Of a stretch of 64,000 nt of DNA, positions 12,480 through 25,480 are shown one piece after another. Source of the DNA: Pristiophorus japonicus (taxonomy: Eukaryota). Both the position numbers and the translations under genes were made by a program. The stretch's first letter is position 1. Every line of letters starts with the position of its first letter. The notes beneath the pieces were generated by a model. The model was given only the letters and a program-made list of their open reading frames with translations. It did no database searches and was not told the origin of the DNA. Location of the stretch: contig NC_091995.1 of assembly GCF_044704955.1 (NCBI RefSeq), positions 40,176,001 through 40,240,000 on the forward strand, read 5' to 3'.

Positions 12480-13320
12480 GTCCGAACTGACCCCCATCCG
12501 GACGGAATTCCTCATCAGTGCCAAGCCCTGAAACCTCCCTCGGGAGCTGGCACCTCACAACTCAAGCCTCCTTCAGAAAATCCCTTCCGTGCCTTTCAGT
12601 TCTGCGCGGAGGGGATTCCTGTACAGGCTGCTCTTGCATACATTCCATTTTACCATCCTCATCTGCCGTCCGGATAAGCCATGGCGCACTATCTTGCCAT
12701 CCGGAGGAAGCGGGGTCCCCAATGGAGTGCTCTCTAAGCGGGAGTCCTCCGTTTATTTATTGGGGAGTTGGCCTGGCGCAGACCTGTGCAATCGGTTTTT
12801 AAGTCGGTTCACGGACTCCCAGGCCGCCTGGAATTTCATCGGTCTGGAGGAGTCCATGTGCCATGCGTATGTTCAATGTGTGAGGTTGCAGTCCCTCTTT
12901 CAATATTTGAAGGCGCTGTTCCTCAAATTCTGGTTGCACTTCAGTCCCATGCTCCTGATCTTTGGGCATCCTGTACGGAGGGGAGCAGGCAGGTCGGACT
13001 GCTCCTGGGTACGACCAAGGGAGCCATCAGCCGGTCCAGGCAGCGGGCAGAGGGGGTCGTTCAGCCCGATTGCCTGCCTCTCTTCCACGGTTACATTCGA
13101 GCCAGCATGTCCCTGGTGATGGAGCACGCGGTGTCCACCGGTATGCTCATGGCCTTCTGCGAGAGGTGGGCACTGGTGGGACTGCAGTGCAGAATTTTAA
13201 TTTGATTTGATTTGACAAAGGTTCCCTTTTATGTTCAAGTGTTAATTTGTGGTTTTTGATACCCTCAAAAAAACAAGGGGGCACTTGAATGAAACTTTCT
13301 AACAAAACTAGTTGTACTGC
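12480..13320 (+). mobile_element. Tx1/L1-clade non-LTR retrotransposon ORF2 C-terminal fragment and 3' end
   Basis: Frameshifted peptides EESMCHAYVQCVRLQSLFQYLK...LLIFG and HGYIRA...FCERWA resemble the L1/Tx1 C-terminal zinc-knuckle region. Confidence 0.7.
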
Positions 13321-13632
13321 CCTGTGGTGCACTCAGGTTTGGCTCGTGAAACTCTTGAAAGTTTAATCAGTGATATTAATAAAAAGTGGGTACTCAACAA
13401 GCACATGGCCTCGCCTATTTTATGCAGAAGTATCAAGATATAAAGGAGCCAATATTTCAATGGATATCTTTGACATGAAGAGATATAAATGTACGAGCCT
13501 ACTGAATTATTTGGTTCAGTGGAAAAAGAAGACACAAAGGCATTTTAACTCCTGGCTGTAATTGTGTGCATGAGAGCTGAAGCGAGTGACAAGCCCCCTG
13601 ACCTCGGTAGCATTAGATCTAGGCAACATTGA

Positions 13633-14475
13633 CACATGGCAGATGCAGTATAGCGTGGATAAATGTGAAGTTATCCACTTTTGTAGGAAAAACATATGGA
13701 CAAAATATTATTGAAATGGTGATGGCTTAGGAAGTGTCGATGTACAGAGGGACCTGGGTGTCCTTGTATAACAGTCATTGAAAGCAAACATGCAGGTGCA
13801 GCAAGCAGTTAGGAATGTAAATGGTATGTTGGCCTTCATTGCAAGAGGATTTGAGTACAGGAGCAAGGATGTCTTACTACAGTTATACAGGCCTTTGGTG
13901 AGACCACACCTGGAGTATTGTGTGCAGTTTTGGTCTCCTTACCTAAAAAAGGATATACTTGCCATAGAGGGAGTGCAGCGAAGGTTCACCAGACTGATTC
14001 CTGGGATGGCAGGACTGTCGTATGAGGAGAGATTGGGTCGACTAGGCCTGTATTCACTCGCGTTTAGAAGAATGAGAAGGGATCTCATTGAAACATATAA
14101 AATTCTGATTGGGTTGGATAGACTGGATGCGGGGAGGATGTTTCCCCTGGCTGGGAAGTCTAGAACAAGGGGTCACAGTCTCAGGATACGGGGTAGGAAA
14201 TTTAGGACCGAGATGAGGTGAAATGTTTTCACTCAGAGGGTGGTGAATCTGTGGAATTCTCTACCACAGAAGGCTGTGGAGGCCAAGTAACTGAATATGT
14301 TTAAGAGGGAGTTAGATAGATTTCTAGAAATAAAAGGCATCAAGGGGTATGGGGAAAAAGCGGGAATATGGTGTTGAGATAGAGGATCAGACATGATCAT
14401 ATTGAATGGCGGTGCAGACTTGAAGGACCGAATGGCCTACCACTGCTCCTATTTTCTATGTTTCTATGTTTCTAA
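13633..14475 (+). mobile_element. CR1 LINE 3' portion with (TTTCTATG)n tail
   Basis: ORF 13778..14221 VRPHLEYCVQFWSP...; tail TTTCTATGTTTCTATGTTTCTA. Confidence 0.93.
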
Positions 14476-15079
14476 CACCCGGGCCTACTGTATATGTTTC
14501 TGGATGGTTGCCTGTCTGAAACCAGCAGGAAGCAGCAGATGGCCTACAAGCAGGAGCAGAATATTGAGGGCAGAAAGCAGTCGCCAAAACTTAGGTTATC
14601 CTGAGAAGGGGGATTCAGGGGTCTTGCACTGTGAGGGAATGTCATGGCAGGAGAGGCCTAAATTGTCTATGTGATGCTTGAGGGAGCACTCCTGCTCAGT
14701 GAGTTAGTGAGACAGTTGAGCAAAAGAGAAAAACTAGCTAGCAACATGAAAAGGACAGGGAAGGCCAAGTTTGCCATCAGTGTTCAGCCTAAGGAATAAT
14801 ATATGTGTTAAAATTCTACTTTGTTGACGGCACAAACTGAGCGTTAGTATTACACACCCCGCCCGATTGTCCATTCCATTGCCTTTCATTGACCAGCTTT
14901 GTGCCCCCGCGGGTTCAATTTTGCCCCAGTCCGGCGTAGGAAGAATGGCAAAGACTCTGTTCTCAAAAGGAAAGAGCGAAACAAAACTGTAAAGACTTTA
15001 GATCAGCTCAGCGAGTGACACCTTCCAGTCTAAGTTCTGTAACATTATTTATTGCGATTAAACAATACAATATGAGTGT

Positions 15080-15575
15080 CGGCACCGCGCTTTACATAGG
15101 ATATATTGTCCTTGGAAGGATTGTAGCTCAGATACACCAGAATGTTATCAGGGCTTCAAGGGTTAGACTTTGAGCAGAGATTACATAAACGAGGCATGTA
15201 TTCTTTGGAATATAGAAAGTTAAGAGATGATTTTATTCAGGTGTTAGGATTTGAAAGGAATTGATAGGTCAAATATTGAGACACCTTTTCCACTGGTGGG
15301 GGAGTCAATAACAAGTGGAAATAACCTTTAAATCAGGGCCAGGCCATGCAGGAGAGAAGGTAGAAAAGATTTCTTCACACAAAGGGTGGTAGCAGTGTGG
15401 AACTCTCTCCCACAAAAAGCACTGGATGCTAGCTTAATGAATAATTTTCAATCTGAAATTGATGGATTTTTGCCAAGCAAGGCTATAAATGATTTTGTAG
15501 CCAGGTCGCGTGGATGGAGTTAAGAAACAGATCAACCATTGAATTTGGAACAGGCTCGAGGGTATGAATGACTCA
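15080..15575 (+). mobile_element. Older CR1 3' fragment
   Basis: Diverged TTCTTCACACAAAGGGTGGTAGCAGTGTGGAACTCTCTCCC segment and 3' UTR remnant. Confidence 0.75.
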
Positions 15576-17487
15576 CTCACCAGAGCGTGACAGGAAGGGA
15601 CAGAATGTATAAACATAAGAGTGTATCAGAAAGTGGAGTCAAAGCAGGGAAAAATGGTAACTTGTTTTTAAAGCTCTTGATCTGAATGCATGCAGCATTC
15701 ATAACAAAATAATTGAGTTGACGGCACAAATAGATATAAATGGGTATGATCTGATAGCCATTACAGAGACGTGGTTGCAAGGTGACCAAGGTTGGGAACT
15801 GAATATTCAGGAGTATTTGACAATTTGGAAGGATGGACAGAAAGGAAAAGGGGGCGGGGTAGCTCTGTTAATAAAGGATGAGATTAGTGCATTCGTGAAA
15901 AATGATATTGGCTCAGAAGATCAAGATGTAGAATCAGATTGGGTGGAGATAAGGAACAATAAGGTGAAGAAGTCATGGTGGGTGTAGTTTATAGGCCCCA
16001 TAACAGGAGCTATACTGTTAGATGGAGTAGAAAGCAAGAAATAATGGAGGCTTGTAAAAAAGGAACAGCAATAATCATGAGCCATTTTAATCTTCATATT
16101 GATTGGACAAAATAAATTGGCCAAGGTAGCCTTGAGGAAGAGTTCATAGAGTGTATCTGGGATAATTTCCTTGACCAGTACGTTGCGGAACCAACCAGGG
16201 AGAAGGCTACCTTAGAGCTGGCACTGTGTAAAGAGACAGGATTAATAAATGATCTCCTAGTATAGGATTCTCGAAGAAAGAGTGATCATAGCATGGTTGA
16301 ATTTCAAATTCAGTTGGAGGGTGAGAAAGGTGGATCTCAAACCAGTGTTCCAAGCTTAAATAAAGGAGACTACAAAGGTATGAAGGCAGAGTTGGCTAAA
16401 GTGGACTGGGAAAATAGATGAAAGTGTAAGATGGTTGATGAGCAATGGCGGATTTTTAAGGAGATATTTCAAAACTCTCAACAAAAATATATTTAAAGAG
16501 GGATCACCATTATCATCATAGGCAGTCCCTCGAAGCGAGGATGACTTGCTTCCATGCCAAAAAGTGATGAGTTCACAGGTGTTTCAATGAAGAACCTAAT
16601 ATTCCAGATCCTGAACTACATCTTGAAGAGTGAAAGATGCCTGTGCTTGGATTTTTTTTTGTAGTGGCCGTTGCACACCAGCCATCACATGGGCTTGACA
16701 GAGCTAGGTCTTGGTTCAGTGGCAAGGATTACCCAAGACTAACTGGAGACCAGCTCTGCTGCACAGACCGAGCGCGCACACATATCGCAGTGTGGGCTGG
16801 CTCGTGCTGCCACTGAGCCCTCGTCTCTCCTGGGCCCCAGATTCACGCCTCTCCTAGGCCCCAGTCACTTTACTCGACAGATTCTTGCTGCTCCTTCGCC
16901 CCTTCTGCTGTGCCTGCCCGCACTGCAATCAGCGACCTGGCTTCGTAGCCGTCGCCCTCCTGCAGCAGCACGCACTGCTCCCTGCGGTGGTACCCGCATG
17001 CTGCTCCCTCCAAAGCCCCGGCCTGCTGATGGTCTTGCAGGCCGGGACCGTGCCAATTTCCAGGCCGAGCCGCCTCACGCTGCTCCCTCCATGGGATATA
17101 CCTGCACTGAAGGCAGTTCAGAGAAGGTTCAATAGGTTGAGTCCTGAGATGAAGGAGTTGACTTATAAAGAAAAGTTGTGCAGGATGGGCCTGCACTCAT
17201 TGGAGTTCAGAAAAATGAGATAATGAGGGGGCTCATCAACTTAAATGCAGAGAGAATGTTTCCACTCATAGGGGAATCTAGAACTATGAGGAATAGTTTC
17301 AGAATAAGGATTCACCCATTTAAAATTTCTTCTCTCAGAGGGTTATTAATCTCTGGAATTCTCTGCGCCAGAGAGCGGTGGAGGCTGGGTCATTGAATAT
17401 ATATCAAGTGGAGATAGACAGATTTTTGAGCAATAAAGGAATAAAGGGTTATGAGACGTGGGTAGGGAAGTGAAGCTGAGTTCATGA
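15576..17487 (+). mobile_element. Internally deleted CR1 (endonuclease part joined to the 3' end), interrupted by an RTE-tailed element
   Basis: YDLIAITETWLQ...GGGVALLIK (APE); resumes at 17093 with C-terminal ORF2 sequence. Confidence 0.85.
16505..17092 (-). mobile_element. Non-autonomous RTE-tailed retroelement (SINE-like), copy 1
   Basis: Same 3' tail as the RTE at 10077..10125; shared non-coding body with copies 2 and 3; GGGAT direct repeat at 16500..16504 and 17093..17097. Confidence 0.8.
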
Positions 17488-18047
17488 TGTCAATCAGACT
17501 GTGAGTGGTGGGGCTGTCAATCAGTCTGAGGGGCGGGCTGTCAATTAGACTGAGAGAGGTGAGACTTTGAGTGAGGGACGGGCCGATTTCCGGGCCGTGC
17601 TGCCACACGCTACTCCCTCTAATGGCCCCAGCCTGCTGATTGGAATGCGGGCAGGTACAGCTGGAACAGTGAGGTCGGGGCAAAGGAGCAGCGAGAGTTC
17701 GTAAAGGGAGGTGATCGGGGCCCAGAAGAGGTGTGCGTTCGGGTTCCCTGAAGAAGCGAGGGCTCAGGGGCAGCACAGGCCAGCCCACACTGTGATATGT
17801 GTGCGCACTAGGTCCATGCAGCAGAGCTGGTCTCCAGTCGTCTTGGTTAATCCTTGCCACTGGACCAAGACCAACTCTGTCAACCACATGTTTAAAAAAT
17901 CCACGGAAAGGCATCTTCCATCCTTCAAGATGTAGTTCGAGATCTGGAATATTAGGTCCTTCATTGAAACACCTGTGAACTCATCCCTTTTTGGCGTGAA
18001 AGCAAGTCATCCTCATTTCTAGTGACTACCTATGATGATGATGATGA
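17488..18047 (+). mobile_element. Non-autonomous RTE-tailed retroelement, copy 2
   Basis: Body CAGCCCACACTG...CCTTGCCACTGGACCAAGACC...GAAACACCTGTGAACTCATCCC; tail CCTATGATGATGATGATG. Confidence 0.8.
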
Positions 18048-18179
18048 GCAGAGCGGGTGTCAATGAGACTGTGGGCCAAAAAAAATGTATTTTCCCTTCA
18101 AGCATATCACTGCTCGTCTATGTGAACTGGCCCTGCATTCAAACTGTGGCCAGAATATATGACTTGTGTAACAATATAT

Positions 18180-19820
18180 TCAGAAAAGGTGGGCAGATGG
18201 GAAGTTGGGCAAGGAAAAGGTAGGCAGATGGCAGTATGAATCTAAGGTACTGCTACAGTACTAGAAAATGATGATGTACTTGAGGGTTCAATGACAGTAT
18301 CTATTTGGTGAGATCTTAGGAACAGTGGAAGAACTATTACGCTGCTATGTGTATACTATCGGCTACCAAATAGTAGAATGGAGATAGAGGAGGAAATTTG
18401 CAAGTAAATTGCAGAAATATGCGAGAACTAGAGAGTAGTGATAATGTATAGTGTATTCAATTATACAAATATAGACTGGGAAAATAACAGTGTAAAGGCC
18501 AAAGAGGGGAAGAAGTTCCTGAAATGTTTACAAGAGACCTTTCTTGATCATATGTTTCCAGCCCATCGAAGAAGGAAACAGTTCTGGATCTAGCTCTGGG
18601 GCATGAAGTCGGGTAAGTGGAGCATGTTTCAGTTGGGGAGCATTTGGGGAAAAAATGATTAAAATATCATTAGGTTTAGAGTAGTTCTGCAAAAGGACAC
18701 AGAAAAATCAAATGTGAAAATACTCAACTGGAGGAGAGCTAATTTCAATGAGAAGAATGAAAGGCGATCTTATCGAAATGTATAAGATTATGAGGGTGCT
18801 TGACAAGGTGGATGCAGAGAGGATGTTTCCATTGACGGGGGAGACTAGAACTAGAGGGCATGATCTTAGAATAAGGGGCCGCCCATTTAAAACTGAGATG
18901 AGGAGAAATTTCTTCTCTCAGAGGGTTGTAAATCTGTGGAATTCGCTGCCTCAGAGAGCTGTGGAAGCTGGGACATTGAATAAATTTAAGACAGAAATAA
19001 ACAGTTTCTTAAATGATAAGGGGATAAGGGGTTATGGGGAGTGGGCAGGGAAGTGGAGCTGTGTCCATGATCAGATCAGCCATGATCTTATTGAATGGCA
19101 GAGCAGGCTCGAAGGGCCGTATGGCCTACTCCTGTTCTTATTTCTTATGTTCTAATGTTCTTATGTAAAATCAATGTGGCCCAGATTGATTGGAATCAAA
19201 GATTGGCAGGTAAAACAGTAAATGAGCAATGGGATCCCTTCAAAGTGGAGATTGTTCGGGCACAGCCTAGACACGTTCCCACAAAGGGAAAAGGAAGGGC
19301 ATCCAAAGTTAGAGTCCCTGGGTGACTAAAGATATCGAGATAAAAATGAAACAGAAAAAGGAGGATTATGATAAGTGCCAACTTCATACTCAGCAGAGAT
19401 CCAAGCTGAATGCAAAAAGTACATGGGAGTACTGAAAAAGACAACAAGAGGATTTAAGAGAATGTATGAGAATAGATTAGTGGGTAACAAAAAAGGGAAC
19501 CACAAAGTCTTTTATAAACACATAAAAAGTAAAAGATTACTCAAAGCAATACTGGGGCCAATTAGGGGCCAAAATGGAAATCTTCTTGTGGTGGCAGAGG
19601 ACATGGCTGAGGTACTAATTGGAAAATTTGCATCTGTCTTCACTAAAGAAGAGAATGCTGTCAATGCCTCAGCAAAGGAGAGGCAGTACAGAAACTGAAT
19701 AGGAACAAAATGGATAAAGGTGAGTTACTTAACAGATTTGCAGCACTCAAAGTAGAAAAGTCACCCGGTCCAGATGGGATGCATCCTAGATTGCTGTGAG
19801 AAGTAAGGGTGGAAATGACT
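18180..19820 (+). mobile_element. Old CR1 endonuclease/linker fragment with a nested younger CR1 3' end (~18746..19165)
   Basis: Host peptides KVFYKHIKSKR...FASVFTKE; nested ORF 18748..19155 plus (TTCTTATG)n tail. Confidence 0.85.
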
Positions 19821-19825
19821 TCCTC

Positions 19826-19970
19826 GGGTTAGAGCTTGACCTTGGTGCAACAGTGTAAAACTCGGTGGTCTGTTTTACATCTCAGGTCAATCGAGATGAA
19901 CATACGGAGTAAAACGGACAGTGGATTCGTTTCACCTGATTTACACCATCGCACAAATCAAATCCTACCC
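19826..19970. mobile_element. Fold-back MITE copy
   Basis: Termini GGGTTAGAGCTTGACCTTGGTGC / GCACAAATCAAATCCTACCCC; internal TGTAAAA / TTTACA. Confidence 0.6.
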
Positions 19971-20199
19971 CTTAGGTTTTAGTTTAAAAAGCAGGATGTC
20001 AAAAACAGTTGGGCAGATTTTCTTTTTTGACTTCTGTATGGGAACCTTTTGGGCGGAATGCCCACATATTTTGGGCCCATGGGGCGAAAGGTCCGATTTT
20101 AACTTTTGGCAATAATATAAAACTGGCGATATTCAATCTGCTGCCCAATTCACACCCCTCACAATTTTATCTCATTGAAGTTAATGAAAAATAAATTTG

Positions 20200-22716
20200 A
20201 GGCAGGTTATGAAACGGATAGGGTATAGAATGGGCAGGGTATAGAACTGAAAGGGTATTAAATGGGCAGGGTATAGAATGTGCAGGGTATAGAATGGCCA
20301 GGGTGCAAAACAGGCACGATTTAGAATGGGCACGGTATAGAATAGGCAGGGTATAAAACATACAAATTATATAATGGGCAGGGTATAAAACTGGCAGAGT
20401 ATAAAGCTGGCAGGATATAGAATGGACAGAATATAGATTGCACAGGCTATAGATTGGGCTGGCTATAGATTGGACAGAGTATAGATTTGGCAGGGTATAG
20501 ATTTGGCAGGGTACAGATTGGGCAGGGTATAGATTGGACAGGGTATAGAATGGACAAGTTATAGAATCGGCAGATTGTAGACTGGGCAGGGTACAAAAGG
20601 GCAGGTTATAGAATGGGCAGGGTATAAAATGGCAGGTTATAGAATGGGCAGGGTATAGAATGGGCAGGGTATAAAAGGGCAGGTTATAGAATAAGCAGGG
20701 TATAGAATGGTCAGGGTATAGAATGGGCAGGGTATAGAATGGGCAGGGTATAGAATGGTCAGAGCATAGAATGGGCAGGGTATAGAATGGGCTCTGTATA
20801 GAATGGGCAGGGTATAGAATGAGCAGGGTATAGAATGGGCTTGGTATAGAATGGGCAGGGTATAGAATGAGAAGGGTGTGCAGTGGGCAGGGTGTGGAGT
20901 GGGCAGAGTGTGGAGTGTGTTGGTTGTGCAGTGGGCAGGATGTGCAGTGGGCAGGGTGTGGAGTGTGTTGGTTGTGCAGTGGGCAGGGTGTGCAGTGGGC
21001 AGGGTGTGAAGTGTGTTAGTTGTGCAGTGGGCAGGGTGTGCAGTGGGCAGGGTGTGGAGTGTGTTGGTTGTGCAGTGAGTAGGGCGTGCAGTGGGCAGGG
21101 TGTGGAGTGTGTTGGTTGTGCAGTGGGCAGGGTGTGGAGTGTGTTGGTTGTGCAGTGGGCAGGGTGTGCAGTGGGCAGGGTGTGAAGTGTGATGGTTGTG
21201 CAGTGGGCAGGGTGTGGAGTGTGTTGTTTGTGCAGTGGGCAGGGTGTGCAGTGGGCAGGGTGTGGAGTGTGTTGTTTGTGCAGTGGGCAGGGTGTGCAGT
21301 GGGCAGGGTGTGGAGTGTGTTGGTTGTGCAGTGGGCAGGGTGTGCAGTGGGCAGGGTGTGGAGTGTGTTGGTTGTGCAGTGGGCAGGGTGTGAAGTGGGC
21401 AGGGTGTGGAGTGGGCAGGGTGTGGAGTGTGTTGGCTGTGCAGTGGGCAGGGTGTGAAGTGGGCAGGGTGTGGAGTGTGTTGGTTGTGCAGTGGGCAGGG
21501 TATGGAGTGTGTTGTTTGTGCAGTGGGCAGGGTGTGCAGTGGGCAGGGTGTGGAGTGTGTTGGTTGTGCAGTGGGCAGGGTGTGCAGTGGGCAGGGTGTG
21601 GAGTGTGTTGGTTGTGCAGTGGGCAGGGCGTGCAGTGGGCAGGGTGTGGAGTGTGTTGGTTGTGCAGTGGGCAGGGTGTGGAGTGTGTTGGTTGTGCAGT
21701 GGGCAGGGTGTGCAGTGGGCAGGGTGTGGAGTGGGCAGGGTGTGGATTGTGTTGGTTGTGCAGTGGGCAGGGTGTGGAGTGTGTTGTTTGTGCAGTGGGC
21801 AGGGTGTGGAGTGTGTTGGTTATGCAGTGGGCAGGGTGTGGAGTGTGTTGTTTGTGCAGTGGGCAGGGTGTGGAGTGGGCAGGGTGTGGAGTGGTCAGGG
21901 TGTGGATTGTGCTGGTTGTGCAGTGGGCAGGGTGTGCAGTGGGCAAGGTGTGTAGTGTGTTGGTTGTGCAGTGGGCAGGGTATGCAGTGGGCAGTGTGTG
22001 GAGTGTATTGGTTGTGCAGTGGGCAGGGTATGCAGTGGGCAGGGTGTGGAGTGTGTTGGTTGTGCAGTGGGCAGGGTATTCAGTGGGCAGGGTGTGCAGT
22101 GGGCAGGGTGTGGAGTGTGTTGGTTGTGCAGTGGGCAGGGTATGCAGTGGGCAGGGTGTGGAGTGTGTTGGTTGTGCAGTGGGCAGGGTGTGGAGTGGGC
22201 AGGGTGTGGAGTGTGTTGGTTGTGCAGTGGGCAGGGTGTGGAGTGTGTTGTTTGTGCAGTGGGCAGGGTGTGCAGTGGGCAGGGTGTGGAGTGTGTTGGT
22301 TGTGCAGTGGACAGGTTGTGGAGTGTGTTGGTTGTGCAGTGGGCAGGGTATGCAGTGGGCAGGGTGTGGAGTGTGTTGGTTGTGCAGTGGGCAGGGTGTG
22401 CAGTGGGCAGGGTGTGGAGTGTGTTGGTTGTGCAGTGGGCAGGGTGTGCAGTGGGCAGGGTGTGGAGTGTGTTGGTTGTGCAGTGGGCAGGGTATGCAGT
22501 GGGCAGGGTGTGGAGTGTGTTGGTTGTGCAGTGGGCAGGGTGTGCAGTGGGCAGGGTGTGGAGTGTGTTGGTTGTGCAGTGGGCAGGGTGTGCAGTGGGC
22601 AGGATGTGGAGTGTGTTGGTTGTGCAGTGGGCAGGGTGTGCAGTGGGCAGGGTGTGGAGTGTGTTGGTTGTGCAGTGGGCAGGGTATGCAGTGGGCAGGG
22701 TGTGGAGTGGGCAGGG
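20200..22716. repeat. 16-bp-period minisatellite in two phases: (TATAGAATGGGCAGGG)n to ~20870, then GTGCAGTGGGCAGGGT interleaved with GTGGAGTGTGTTGGTT
   Basis: Directly visible; the source of the 284-689 aa spurious ORFs. Confidence 0.97.
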
Positions 22717-22845
22717 TAGGTTTTGGAGGCGGCGTTGCCTGGTTGTGGGAGCGGCGGCGGCTGGGGCTGGGCGGGGGCTGGTTGGTTGGCGGCGAAGTGA
22801 GAAAAGATACTTCAAAGCTTCGTAGCACTCAAAGTAGAAAAGTCA

Positions 22846-23968
22846 TAGAAACATAGAAACATAGATATAGAAAATAGGTGCAGGAGCAGGCCATTCAGCC
22901 CTTCTAGCCTGCACCGCCATTCAATGAGTTCATGGCTGAACATGAAACTTCAGTACCCCCTTCCTGCTTTCTCGCCATAACCCTTGATCCCCCGAGTAGT
23001 AAGGACTTCATTTAACTCCCTTTTGAATATATTTAGTGAATTGGCCTCAACTACTTTCTGTGGTAGAGAATTCCACAGGTTCACCACTCTCTGGGTGAAG
23101 AAGTTTCTCCTCATCTCGGTCCTAAATGGCTTACCCCTTATCCTCAGACTGTGACCCCTGGTTCTGGACTTCCCCAACATTGGGAACATTCTTTCTGCAT
23201 CTAACCTGTCTAAACCCGTCAGAATTTTAAACGTTACTATGAGGTCCCCTCTCATTCTTCTGAACTCCAGTGAATACAAGCCCAGTTGATCCAATCTTTC
23301 TTGATAGGTCAGTCCCGCCATCCCGGGAATCAGTCTGGTGAACCTTCGCTGCACTCCCTCAATAGCAAGAATGTCCTTCCTCAAGTTAGGAGACCAAAAC
23401 TGTACACAATACTCCAGGTGTGGCCTCACCAAGGCCCTGTACAACTGTAGCAACACCTCCCTGCCCCTGTATTCAAATCCCCTCGCTATGAAGGCCAACA
23501 TGCCATTTGCTTTCTTAACCGCCTGCTGTACCTGCATGCTAACCTTCAATGACTGATGTACCATGACACCCAGGTCTCGTTGCACCTTCCCTTTTCCTAA
23601 TCTGTCACCATTCAGATAATAGTCTGTCTCTCTGTTTTTACCACCAAAGTGGATAACCTCACATTTATCCACATTATACTTCATCTGCCATGCATTTGCC
23701 CACTCACCTAACCTATCCAAGTCACTCTGCAGCCTAATAGCATCCTCCTCGCAGCTCACACTGCCACCCAACTTAGTATCATCCACAAATTTGGAGATAC
23801 TGCATTTAATCCCCTCGTCTAAATCATTAATGTACAATGTAAACAGCTGGGGCCCCAGCACAGAACCTTGCGGCACTCCACTAGTCACTGCCTGCCATTC
23901 TGAAAAGTACCCGTTTACTCCTACTCTTTGCTTCCTGTCTGTCAACCAGTTCTCAATCCACGTCAGCA
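22846..23968 (-). mobile_element. Young CR1 LINE, 5'-truncated, uninterrupted 339-aa RT C-terminal frame
   Basis: SGVPQGSVLGPQLFTLYINDLD...KFVDDTKL; (CATAGAAA)n tail on +; inserted into an older CR1 scrap (~22795..24020). Confidence 0.95.
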
Positions 23969-24539
23969 CATCTGGTGCGGTTCGGATGAATCCTAGGTTG
24001 CTTTGGGGGCTAACGGTGCGTTTTAATCAAACGATGGTTAATGGAAATTTGCATTAAAAGAATGAAATTTTTGCGTATTCTATATAGGGTGGGCAAGCGC
24101 CCCTACATTACCAGACAGGGAAACTAGCCCAACATCTCATGAATAACAGCAGCAACAAACTGAGCAGATAGAGACAGCAGAGTCGATACAATAGCGTGGC
24201 TTGGTAAATGCTGTACAATGGGAGATTTTATGTTTCTAAAGATATTGGTTTAAGTTTAGGACAGAGGAATTTAAAAAAATGTATTGGACTGCATTGTTGT
24301 TGATGTCCTCAAAGAATGTATCTTAGGAATAATAGAACAGACTGAATGTATTGAGGCGGGGGAGGGAGAACCTTGGGGTATGTGTGGAGCGATCACAGTG
24401 AAGGAACAACACAATGTAAGCAGCAGCATGAAAGAGAACATAGAAACATGGCGGATAGATGATTCTGTGGAACACGATGCTGAAGAAATTTTTTTATGAA
24501 GAGTAAAACATGTTCAGGCATTTTTCACCCTTATTCCTG

Positions 24540-25480
24540 CATGTGTCTGTCTGTCGTTGTGTGTGTGTCTGTGTGCGCTATGTGTGCGTGCACGCCTACA
24601 TGTTTATCTATCTGTGTGCCTATGTATATGCATATATGTCTTGTGTGTGTCAGTGTGTGCGCTTTGTTTAAGTATGTCTTTGTGTTTGTGTGTCTGTGTG
24701 TGGTATGTGTGCATGCATGACTACATGTTTATCTATCTGTGTGCCTATATATATGCGTTTGTGTCTTGTGTGTGCGTTTTGTCTAAGTATGTCTTTGTGT
24801 CTGTGTTTGTGTGTGCGTGGCAGTGTGTGCGTGTGTGTGGCAGTGTGTGCGTGTGTCTGTGTGTATCTGTGTGTCTGTGTTTGTGTGTGCGTGGCAGTGT
24901 GTGCATGTGTGTGTTTATGTCTGTGGTGTGTCTGTGCGTATCTGTGTGTGGTGAGTGTGTGTCACTGTCTGTGTTTGTTAGTTTGTTTTCTCTGTGTGTG
25001 TGTGTGTGTCTATCTATATTTGTCTGTGTGTGTGTCTGTGCGTGTGTCTGTGTGTATCTGTGTGCAGTGGGTATGTGTCTGTGTCTGTGTTTGTTAGTAT
25101 GTTTTGTGTGTGTGTGTGTGTGTGTGTGTCTATGTCTGTCTGTGTGTCTCTGTGTGTGGGTGTGTCTGTGTCTGTTCGTGTGTCTGTGCGTGTGTCTGTG
25201 TGTATCTATGTGTAACTGTGCGTGTGTCTGTGTGTGTCGCTGCATGTGTCTGAGTGTGGCTGGGTGTGTGTCTGTGTGTCTGTTTTTGTTTGTTGATTTC
25301 TATGCGTGTCTATGTGTGAGTGTCTGCCCATGCCTGTGTGTGTGTGTTTGTTAGCGTATAGTTCTGCCTGCGTGTGTTTGTTAGTTTGATTTCTGTGTGT
25401 ATGTGCCTGTGTGTGTGTGTGTGTCTGTATGTGGGTGTTTATTTGTGTTCGTGCGTGTGACTGCACGTGCGTGCTTTCTA
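24540..25480. repeat. Degenerate (TG)n/(TGTC)n microsatellite field
   Basis: Directly visible; gives the Cys/Val and His/Thr ORF artefacts. Confidence 0.95.

Noticed and set aside
20870-22716. Repeat-spacer alternation superficially like a CRISPR array (also 61908..62092)
   Set aside because: The spacers are themselves repeats, there are no cas genes, and the context is vertebrate
20759-22856. 689-, 555- and 437-aa Cys/His-rich ORFs resembling keratin-associated or metal-binding proteins
   Set aside because: They are translations of a stop-poor 16-bp minisatellite, open in several frames on both strands
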